Source: Kiritimatiellia bacterium
GTDB taxonomy: Bacteria > Verrucomicrobiota > Kiritimatiellia > CAIKKV01
Direction: 5' to 3'
Assembly: GCA_046484345.1 (NCBI GenBank)
Contig: JAWOJA010000010.1
Location: forward strand, 1,811 to 65,810
DNA length: 64,000 nt
Part shown: positions 57,067-64,000 of the stretch, in pieces
Layout of the letters: each line of letters opens with the position of its first letter
Numbering within the stretch: position 1 is the first letter of the stretch
Translations under genes and position numbers: made by a program
The notes under the pieces: model-generated
What the model was told of the DNA's origin: nothing
Databases searched by the model: none
Seen by the model: only the letters and a program-made list of their open reading frames with translations

Positions 57067-57720
57067 TCACACGCCGCGTCGACCGCGTCCCACCTGCGTG
57101 GGCGTCGGGCCGGGCCGGGGAATCGTTGTCGTCGTGGTCGTGGTCGTCGTGGTCGTGGTCACGGTGGTCGGCGTCGTCGTGCGCCGTGGAAGGGGGATCA
57201 ACTCGTTGACCCCCTGTGCGGCAATCGACTGGCTGACGAAGTCCATGAATTTTCCAGCATTCTGGCTGGCCTCGTCCGCCTTTTTGGCCTGCCGAAGCGC
57301 CTGACCGGCCGCCGCCTGGGCATCCGCCTCTGAAACGCCTTGCGCGGAAGCCCGTTCCGCCGCTTCCGCCGCGGCCAAGGCCGCCTCTTGAGCTGCCGCG
57401 GAGGCCTTGTCCAAGTTGACGATCAAGCGGTCAACCCGCGCTTTCAAATTGCGAAGGGCCGTCAGCTTTTCCTGGGTTTCCCCGATGGCGAGCTGATTCG
57501 TCCCGCCATCCTTGAGCATCGCCTCGAGATCGGCAATGGATTTTTGGAGCGCTTCGGACCGAGCGTGCCCCTCAGTCGAAAAAGCCGCCGCCTTGGAAGC
57601 TGAAAGGGCGGCGTTGTCAGCCGCTTTTTTGGCAATTTCAGCAGGGGTTTGGGCCAAACTCGCCGTGACACTCAGGCCGATCGTCATAACCGTCGCCAAC
57701 AGAATCGTGTTCATACTCAT
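57067..57720 (-). CDS. Secreted alpha-helical/coiled-coil protein with C-terminal poly-threonine tract
   Basis: Signal peptide MSMNTILLATVMTIGLSVTASLAQ. Ala/Gln/Glu-rich heptad-like region. 19-residue T/P/V tract near the C-terminus. Confidence 0.55.
   Translation of the reverse strand: MSMNTILLATVMTIGLSVTASLAQTPAEIAKKAADNAALSASKAAAFSTEGHARSEALQKSIADLEAMLKDGGTNQLAIGETQEKLTALRNLKARVDRLIVNLDKASAAAQEAALAAAEAAERASAQGVSEADAQAAAGQALRQAKKADEASQNAGKFMDFVSQSIAAQGVNELIPLPRRTTTPTTVTTTTTTTTTTTTIPRPGPTPTQVGRGRRGV
57124..57180 (-). repeat. Simple sequence repeat (GTCGTG/GTCGTC)n encoding poly-Thr on the minus strand
   Basis: GTCGTCGTGGTCGTGGTCGTCGTGGTCGTGGTCACGGTGGTCGGCGTCGTCGT within the CDS. Confidence 0.6.
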
Positions 57721-57777
57721 TATGATTCTCCTCTTCTACTTCGCTACAGTAAACCATTTTTGTCCGGTGATCAAGTC

Positions 57778-58479
57778 TTACATCCAACGCTTGGGAACGT
57801 CGATCACATCACCCGGTTCGATGTTCACATCCGGTTCCACCCGGGACTGAATCTTGGGAATGCTCAGAATCATGGTCTCCTCGCCGCGGATCAGCCGAAC
57901 CTTGTTCGGATCGGCAAATTCATTCCACCCCCCTGCCATGCTCAGGGCCTGCAACACGGTTACCTTTCCACGGACGATCGGGTAATTGCCGGGCTTGAGG
58001 ACGTACCCTTTCACGAAAAACTCCCGCGTGGGCGGAATAATCGAGGCCGTGATGGTCTTGTAGAACTGGGCATCCATGTAGGCTTTTTCAATCGCCTTCT
58101 CGGCTTCTGCCGAGGACATTCCAGACACCCTCACGCGGCCCACCAAGTCCAAATTGATGTTTCCGCTTTCATCGATAACGGCTTCAAAGGTCTCGATCTT
58201 GGGATACATCCGGAGCGTGAGGCCCAGGCGGTCCCCCGTCAGCAACGGCCTCAGGGTAGGCTCCGTAGCCGCCGGGACGCCGGCAACGGCATCCGTCGGC
58301 ACAGGAACGAGGTCGGGTGTGGCCGCTTCGACTCCCGGAACAATGGGCCCCTCCGCCGGCGGCTGGTAGGGCGGCGTCGGCGCGGCGCGGCGCGGCAGGC
58401 TGGCGCACCCGGCCAAAACCCCGAGCGCCAAAAGGGAGGTCATAAGTTTTATCACGGGCAGTCTCATCAAAACGCTCAA
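57778..58479 (-). CDS. wza: Polysaccharide export outer-membrane lipoprotein (Wza/Poly_export + SLBB)
   Basis: Lipobox LAGC. Poly_export motif region (TLRPLLTGDRLGLTL ... ESGNINLDLVGRVRVSGMSSAEAEKAI). C-terminal SLBB-like domain. Confidence 0.8.
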   Translation of the reverse strand: MSVLMRLPVIKLMTSLLALGVLAGCASLPRRAAPTPPYQPPAEGPIVPGVEAATPDLVPVPTDAVAGVPAATEPTLRPLLTGDRLGLTLRMYPKIETFEAVIDESGNINLDLVGRVRVSGMSSAEAEKAIEKAYMDAQFYKTITASIIPPTREFFVKGYVLKPGNYPIVRGKVTVLQALSMAGGWNEFADPNKVRLIRGEETMILSIPKIQSRVEPDVNIEPGDVIDVPKRWM

Positions 58480-60611
58480 CTCCCACGCGGAGAATCCGCC
58501 TTCGACTCCGAGGGTTCGGCCTTATAGGCGTAGCCCCCCACATAGTGGTAATAATGGTAATAGTCCCGGTGAATGTTGATGTTGTTAAGGACCACACCCA
58601 CCAGGTTGCCGCCCACGTTCTGTATCATGGAACGGGCGCGGACCGCCACTTCCTTGGGGTAGCTCCGGTGCTCGATCACAAGCAACGTCCCGTCCGATTC
58701 GCTGCACAAGACCGCCGCGTCGCTCACGCCAAGAATCGGAGGCGCATCCAGCAACACATAATCGTAATCTTTTTTGACCGCATCCAGCAACGCGCGGACC
58801 CGGGGCGAATCCACCATTCCATGCATCCCGACGACCGACCGGCCGCTTGGCATGAACGAGAAATTCTCCCAGGACGTGGGCACAATCACTTCGGCCGGAT
58901 TCATGCGCCCCAGTAGCACATCCGTAAGCCCCACGCGATTGGACAGCCCCACCATCTTGTGCTGGGTGGGGCGCCGGATGTCCGCATCGATCAGCAACAC
59001 ACGGCTGCCCAGCTGTGAGAACACATAGGCCAGGTTGAAGAGCGACAGAGACTTGCCCTCGCCGGCGCCGCCGCTGGTGACGCAGAGAACTTTCCCTTGT
59101 CCCCATTTTTTCGAAAATTGCAGGTTGGTCTTCAACACGCGATAGGCTTCCGCGTGGGAGATATCGCCCTTCTCGACGTTCAACGGGCGCACCTTCTGGG
59201 GGATGACGCCCAGAATGGGCGCCCCGATCAAGTCCTCAATTTCCTGAACGGTCTTGACCGAGGTGTCGAGATACTCCATGAAAAAGGCCAGCCCCACGCC
59301 GACGCCCAGCCCCAAAATCACGCTGAGCATAATGTTCAGGATCATTTTCGGAGCGATGGGACGATCGGGTTCCTCGGCCATTTCGATGACTTCCACCGGC
59401 CGGCGGGGCAACTGGAGATCGACCTCTTCCTTCACCACCAGCATCTCCAGGGAATCGCGGATCTGCCGCTGTGCCGTCAACTCGTGCTCGATCTTTCGGA
59501 ACGGCAAGTACTTTTCGCTTTCGGCGCTGATGTCGCTCGCGCGAGACTGCTCAAGGTTCTTGTCGATCAGCTCCATCCCGCGCTTGGCAATTTCAAATTC
59601 AGTCTGGAGCCCCACCTTGAGCCCCTTGAGTGTTTCCTCGATTTTTATCGTCAGGTTGCTGACCACGTTTCCGATGCGAATCACATCCGGGTGGCGGGTC
59701 CCCAGCGCGCCCTGAAGCTGCCCCAGTTGAAGCTGATTTTCCACCAACTGCTCGCGCAGCGTATTAAGCATGGGGTCCCCCAGGAGACTGGCGGCGGCAT
59801 AGAGAAGCTGTTCGCCTTCCATCTTGTTGAGGGCCTCGAGCCGGGTCTGGCGATCGAGCATCCGATTTTGCGCGCCCAACCGATCCGCTTCGAGCTGGGC
59901 AATGCGCGCCTTGTCCACCTGCCCCACGTTCTCGGGCCCGCCGGCGGTGACGTTGATATTCAACTCCTTGCGCAGGGCTTCCATTTTATCCTCCAACTCC
60001 TGCACCTTGAGTTGCTTCTCCTGGAATTGGGTTTTCAGAGCCGCAAGCCCGCTTTCCTTCTCGGTGCGCGCGCTTTTAATGCGGCGATCCCGGTAGACGG
60101 CCGCGATTTCGTTGGCGATCCGGGCGGCGTCGTCCTTCGCCTCCTGCGGCGTCGATCGCTGCGTGCTGCGCTGAATCTGGATCTCGATCAGGTTCGTATC
60201 CCGGTATTGGTGAACCTTCATGCTGTCGTAAACGATTTCATAAGCTCGGGCAGGGGACATCGGGAGCCCGTCTTCATTGTATAACCGGCCAAAATGCTCC
60301 TGGAGCCGGAGGTTGCGGATCACCTCATAGATAATGGGCTTCGACTGGATGATTTCGAACTCGGTGCGCAGAAAGAAAGGATCGTAGCCTTGGACGCCCC
60401 CCTGCGACTTCATGCCTTCCACCGCCGTCGCTTCGCGATTCACCGCAATCCGGGTATAGGCCATGAAGGTCTTGGGCAGATAATAAGTGGCAACCGTGCC
60501 CACAACAATGATGAACAGGAAAATCGCCAGCACGATCTCCTTGCGGGACCGCACGATCTGCCAGTAATCCCAGAAATGAACCGCATTGGGTTGGGAGGAA
60601 GTTTGGTCCAT
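58476..60611 (-). CDS. wzc: Polysaccharide co-polymerase / BY-tyrosine kinase (Wzc/GumC-like)
   Basis: 711 aa. N-terminal Wzz-type TM plus periplasmic coiled-coil, second TM. Walker A in VTSGGAGEGKSLSLFNLAY. C-terminal Tyr cluster YYHYYHYVGGYAY. Confidence 0.85.
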   Translation of the reverse strand: MDQTSSQPNAVHFWDYWQIVRSRKEIVLAIFLFIIVVGTVATYYLPKTFMAYTRIAVNREATAVEGMKSQGGVQGYDPFFLRTEFEIIQSKPIIYEVIRNLRLQEHFGRLYNEDGLPMSPARAYEIVYDSMKVHQYRDTNLIEIQIQRSTQRSTPQEAKDDAARIANEIAAVYRDRRIKSARTEKESGLAALKTQFQEKQLKVQELEDKMEALRKELNINVTAGGPENVGQVDKARIAQLEADRLGAQNRMLDRQTRLEALNKMEGEQLLYAAASLLGDPMLNTLREQLVENQLQLGQLQGALGTRHPDVIRIGNVVSNLTIKIEETLKGLKVGLQTEFEIAKRGMELIDKNLEQSRASDISAESEKYLPFRKIEHELTAQRQIRDSLEMLVVKEEVDLQLPRRPVEVIEMAEEPDRPIAPKMILNIMLSVILGLGVGVGLAFFMEYLDTSVKTVQEIEDLIGAPILGVIPQKVRPLNVEKGDISHAEAYRVLKTNLQFSKKWGQGKVLCVTSGGAGEGKSLSLFNLAYVFSQLGSRVLLIDADIRRPTQHKMVGLSNRVGLTDVLLGRMNPAEVIVPTSWENFSFMPSGRSVVGMHGMVDSPRVRALLDAVKKDYDYVLLDAPPILGVSDAAVLCSESDGTLLVIEHRSYPKEVAVRARSMIQNVGGNLVGVVLNNINIHRDYYHYYHYVGGYAYKAEPSESKADSPRGS

Positions 60612-60629
60612 GGGCAGGCGCGCTTTTTC

Positions 60630-61826
60630 TTAGAAATCGATTCCGACCATCGCGTTGATGGTGTTACGTTGGAATGATTCGCGGACGTCGGAATCCCAGT
60701 CCTCGAATTCATAGGCGAGGCGCGCGTAATAACGGCGGGCCGGCGGCCGGAACGTCATCCCCATTTGCCAATCCAACAGGGTGTCGTCCCCGTCCGGAAC
60801 GGCGGCAGGCGCGCCCTCCACAGCCTGGCCCGAATCATACGCGCCATTCGCGTAAACGAACTGCGCATCGACTGAAATGCTTTGCGAGAGGCGCTTCACG
60901 CCCCTCAGCATGGTGCGCAGATACTCCTTGGAGGAATAATACGACCGGTCGGAGGGTTGCACCGAATATTCAATACCCGCCGTGAGAACGAGGTCTTCCG
61001 CCGGAGTGAAATCCACGATAATTTGAAGATACGGAACGGCCTCGTCATCCTGCTCGCCATCCTCGTAATCGATCCACTCGTACCCTCCCGAAACCCGGCC
61101 CCACAACTGGTCGTTGATACGCCGGCCCACGCCTACGCCCACCAGATAACCCTGGTAGTCTCCCTGCAAATCGTTCTCATAACTCGGCTGATCGTACCCG
61201 AGAAACCCGAAGGTGTAATACTCAGGCGAAAATTTGTAGCGAAGCGCCGTGTTGGCCTCAAGGCGGTCCTCGTCGCCCTCGTCCGAATAGGGTCGCTCGT
61301 CGTAACGCTTGAGCAAATACGAACCGTCCACATCCCACTGCACGCGTTCGCTGACGTTGTAAGCCGACCAGCCCTTGGTCTGGTTGACCCAGTAGCTCGC
61401 ATTCTCACGAACCGTCACGCCACCCCGCGAAACATTGGGATCGTCCGTCATCTCAAACTTGTTCAACCCCCCCACATGCCACAAATACGACGCGTCGTGT
61501 TCCACCTTGGCTTCAACGGCATGGTAGACCTCCGAGTCGTTCTGGTCGTCGCGCTCATTGTCCCGCCAGATCAGCGAGGGGCGGTACTCAAGGAAAGCTT
61601 TCGTAATCTCATCGTCCAAGGTCAACCGAACGCCCGGCGTCAGGCGCAGGGAGGTCATGTTTTCCTTGCCCCTCTCGGTGGCATCCCGGTTGTCTTCAAA
61701 CCGAACTCCGCCTTCGAGACTGAATAAAACCGTTTCGGGGGTGTTCTCAATACTCTGGGCGGAAACCGCTCCGCTGAAAGCCATCGCCAACGCCGTGCCG
61801 ATCAAATATCCCATTGCGCGTTTCAT
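60630..61826 (-). CDS. Outer-membrane beta-barrel protein associated with the EPS export locus
   Basis: Start at internal ATG 61826 (signal peptide MKRAMGYLIGTALAMAFSGAVSAQS). Alternating amphipathic strands rich in Y/W/D. C-terminal residue is F (VGIDF). Confidence 0.55.
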   Translation of the reverse strand: MKRAMGYLIGTALAMAFSGAVSAQSIENTPETVLFSLEGGVRFEDNRDATERGKENMTSLRLTPGVRLTLDDEITKAFLEYRPSLIWRDNERDDQNDSEVYHAVEAKVEHDASYLWHVGGLNKFEMTDDPNVSRGGVTVRENASYWVNQTKGWSAYNVSERVQWDVDGSYLLKRYDERPYSDEGDEDRLEANTALRYKFSPEYYTFGFLGYDQPSYENDLQGDYQGYLVGVGVGRRINDQLWGRVSGGYEWIDYEDGEQDDEAVPYLQIIVDFTPAEDLVLTAGIEYSVQPSDRSYYSSKEYLRTMLRGVKRLSQSISVDAQFVYANGAYDSGQAVEGAPAAVPDGDDTLLDWQMGMTFRPPARRYYARLAYEFEDWDSDVRESFQRNTINAMVGIDF

Positions 61827-62278
61827 CGTGCCTCCTAGTCTTCTTGCGTTTAAATACAGTATCGTTTTTTTCATTTCCGGTGTCAAATCATTTGCCGACA
61901 ATTGACAAGGAGGGCGGGATGCGTGAAAACTCCCACAAAAAGGAGCCGCCCTGGGCTAGCGCATTCTGGATTTTCGCCTGAAAAAAGAACTCCACCCGGC
62001 CACCCTGCTCTGGGGCCGGCACCATCCCGAAAAAGCGCCCCTCCGCTTCGCCGCCCGCACAATCGGTGAGGCTCGACGCTGGCAAAAACAGATACGCACC
62101 GCCCGGGTACGCGCACCTTCTTCTCGGCCTGATGGTCATGAATAAGGGAGAGAGCGGCCAAGGGAGGATTCCTGATCTCCTGCAATCACCAGACGCCACT
62201 CGGCGGATCCTATGAGGACTATAAACTTTACACCCGGCTGTTTCGGGAGTATGCCGAGGAGGCCGGCCGTCTCTCCCG

Positions 62279-62686
62279 TCAGCGCTGAGCCCCGGCGGCC
62301 GGCGCCTCATTATCGGGCGCGTCCTGAAAATCGGCAACCCTCAGCCACGACCGGCCGTCGCGCTCCTCCAGCAAACCCTTCACTCGCACTTTTCGCGTCT
62401 TGGGCGCCTTCGCGAGTTCCCGGCCTTTCGCATCCGTTTCCACCGCCAGCAACTTGTCGCCCGCCACCAACCGGATCGCCTGGACCTCGCCGCTCGCATT
62501 CATCATCACACGCACATAGCCCGTCCACGGCCATTCGGGCCCCAACGGCCGGACCTCGCTCGCCGCCGTGACCGTTCCCGTTGCGGCCGGAATCGCTGCC
62601 AATGCATTCGTGCCCGCCGCCCGGGACCAATCGTCCGCCACGCAGAATCCTGCCGCCAGCATCACCATGAAAATCCATTTTTTCAT
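62279..62686 (-). CDS. Small secreted hypothetical protein
   Basis: 135 aa. Signal peptide MKKWIFMVMLAAGFCVA. Confidence 0.45.
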   Translation of the reverse strand: MKKWIFMVMLAAGFCVADDWSRAAGTNALAAIPAATGTVTAASEVRPLGPEWPWTGYVRVMMNASGEVQAIRLVAGDKLLAVETDAKGRELAKAPKTRKVRVKGLLEERDGRSWLRVADFQDAPDNEAPAAGAQR

Positions 62687-62825
62687 GCCTCTATCCTTCC
62701 CTTACGCATTCGCGCATCCTACCGCTTCCTCCAGGCCGGCGCAACGCTCAAATTCCACCCGCCATTTTCGGCGCAAGGAGTGCTTTCTTTTTGAAAAAGG
62801 ATTCTCTAAGATTATTCGAATATTC

Positions 62826-64000
62826 ATGAAAAGCAAACTTCCCTCCTTCGCCACGCCGTCTCTTCACCCGGCCCTCGCCATGGCCCTTGTTCTGGCCGTC
62901 TTCGCGGCCGGGTTGCTGACCATTATGCCCAATCTTCAGGCCTATTTCTTCGGCGATGAGCACTTCTACACCGATAGCGCCCTTCGCATGCATGAATCCG
63001 GCCGCCTGCTCGTGCCCGAATATGCCGACGGAGCCCCCCGGTTCAACAAACCCATTCTCTCCTACTGGCTGATCCTCGCCGGCTTCCACACTTTCGGGAT
63101 CTCCGTCTTCGCCTCGCGCGTCGCTTCCCTCGCCACGGGCCTGGGCATCCTGGCCCTTTCCTATTTCCTGACGCTCCGGCTCTTCAAAAGCCGCGCGGCC
63201 GCTTTCCTCTCCGTGCTGATCCTGGCCTCCAACATCGCCCTCATCACGGCCTCCATGCGCGCCACACCCGATGTGTTCCTCGGCTTCTCCACCCTGCTCA
63301 GCCTTTACGGATTTGCCGGCTTGCTCCTCCAGGACACACCCCGCCGCAGGGATGCCTGGTACGCCTACCTCGGCATGGGGCTGGCCATCGCCGCCAAGGG
63401 CATGCTGGGCGTGCTGCTGCTCTCCTTCGTCCTGATATTTGCCCTCTTGAGCCCCGGTCACCGCCTCCGCCTGCGCCGCCTTTTCCGCCCCGTCCCCCTT
63501 CTGCTGGGCCTGCTGCTGGGCCTCTTCTGGTTCATCGCTGTTTACATTAAAATGGGGCATACAGCCCTTTCCGGATTCGTGAACGACCAGGTCGGAAACC
63601 GCACGGCCGCCTCGCTTTCGCAGGTGGCCGCCAACCTGTGGCGCTATTCCTTCGGCCTGGCCCTGCCCTTCTTCCCCTGGTCCCTCGTCCTGCTGGCCGC
63701 CCTGGCTTCCGCCCGACCCGCCTTGAAACAAACCATCCGGGAGCACGCGCCGGCCTTCCTGTTCGTGATCGGCTGGCACCTGTTGCTCCTGATCATCTTT
63801 TCGCCGGCCAACCTCACCCGCAGCCGCTACCTGCTGCCCGGCTACCCGCTTATCGCCGCCGGCCTCGCCTTTCTGCTGTCCGAAACCATTGACCGCCATC
63901 CTCCGCTGGAAACCTTCATCCGGCGCCTGCTGGGACTCCTCGCGCTTCTCCTCGTTGCGGGCGGCCTGCTCTTCGGTCTGGCCGCCTGGCAGCTGAAGGA
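62826..64000 (+). CDS. ArnT/PMT-family (GT-C, GT83/GT39-like) glycosyltransferase; partial, continues past the window end
   Basis: ATG 62826. Polytopic. Conserved N-terminal loop FFGDEHFYTDSALRMHESGRLLVPEYADGAPRFNKPILSYWLI, typical of 4-amino-arabinose/mannosyl transferases. Open to position 64000. Confidence 0.8.
   Translation, partial: MKSKLPSFATPSLHPALAMALVLAVFAAGLLTIMPNLQAYFFGDEHFYTDSALRMHESGRLLVPEYADGAPRFNKPILSYWLILAGFHTFGISVFASRVASLATGLGILALSYFLTLRLFKSRAAAFLSVLILASNIALITASMRATPDVFLGFSTLLSLYGFAGLLLQDTPRRRDAWYAYLGMGLAIAAKGMLGVLLLSFVLIFALLSPGHRLRLRRLFRPVPLLLGLLLGLFWFIAVYIKMGHTALSGFVNDQVGNRTAASLSQVAANLWRYSFGLALPFFPWSLVLLAALASARPALKQTIREHAPAFLFVIGWHLLLLIIFSPANLTRSRYLLPGYPLIAAGLAFLLSETIDRHPPLETFIRRLLGLLALLLVAGGLLFGLAAWQLK

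Noticed and set aside
57124-57180. Short tandem repeats (here and at 34937-34990) considered as possible CRISPR or other repeat arrays
   Set aside because: They are 6-9-nt codon repeats inside CDSs, encoding poly-Thr and poly-Pro. There are no spacers and no cas genes.
62748-63899. 383-aa minus-strand ORF opposite the ArnT-like gene
   Set aside because: Gly/Glu/Gln-rich low complexity. The plus-strand frame is a coherent polytopic GT-C protein open to the window end.
1-64000. Search for tRNA/rRNA genes, transposases, integrases and phage genes
   Set aside because: No intergenic region contains a tRNA-like cloverleaf or rRNA-like sequence that I could recognise by eye. No ORF resembles a transposase, recombinase or phage structural protein. 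The ars/hgc clusters are not visibly flanked by mobile elements within the window.

Overview
This is a GC-rich (about 64-65%) bacterial chromosomal segment, probably from an anaerobe, since it carries hgcAB and an H+-pyrophosphatase. It is densely coding, mostly on the minus strand. I found no rRNA, tRNA, CRISPR, transposase or integrase. Several points stand out. (1) At 1-2959 there is a compact, translationally coupled minus-strand unit arsR-hgcA-hgcB-arsC-acr3, that is, mercury-methylation genes embedded in an arsenic-resistance operon. (2) At 3094-10163 there is a six-gene plus-strand operon I could not assign: opine-dehydrogenase-like, a TM_helix-repeat membrane protein, a B12-binding (DxHxxG) protein of unknown class, an AsnB-like amidotransferase, an MscS channel and a spermidine-synthase-fold aminoalkyl transferase. 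It looks like a small-molecule (opine/polyamine/metallophore-like) biosynthesis-and-release system. (3) At 10148-18755 a second ArsR-controlled minus-strand operon combines CcdA/DsbD, two thioredoxin-fold proteins (one with a Cys/Gly-rich N-terminal tail), an RND tripartite efflux pump and a COG0701 permease with a CSC motif. (4) At 24315-29257 a two-gene module (EIIA-Ntr+CBS regulator and ArsB/NhaD/CitMHS-type permease) is tandemly duplicated. (5) A conserved roughly 60-nt intergenic motif with a GNRA hairpin occurs twice. The remainder is housekeeping: hppA, purE/purD, tsf, rpsB, hisCD, uvrA, exbBD/tonB-like, PMM, asparaginase, rRNA methyltransferases. It also includes two enzyme fusions (RpiB-GlyA, TsaC-LMW-PTP), a VapBC toxin-antitoxin pair and a Wza/Wzc exopolysaccharide export locus ending in a partial ArnT/PMT-family glycosyltransferase. 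All calls rest on reading the translated ORFs and the nucleotide sequence by eye; no database searches were run.
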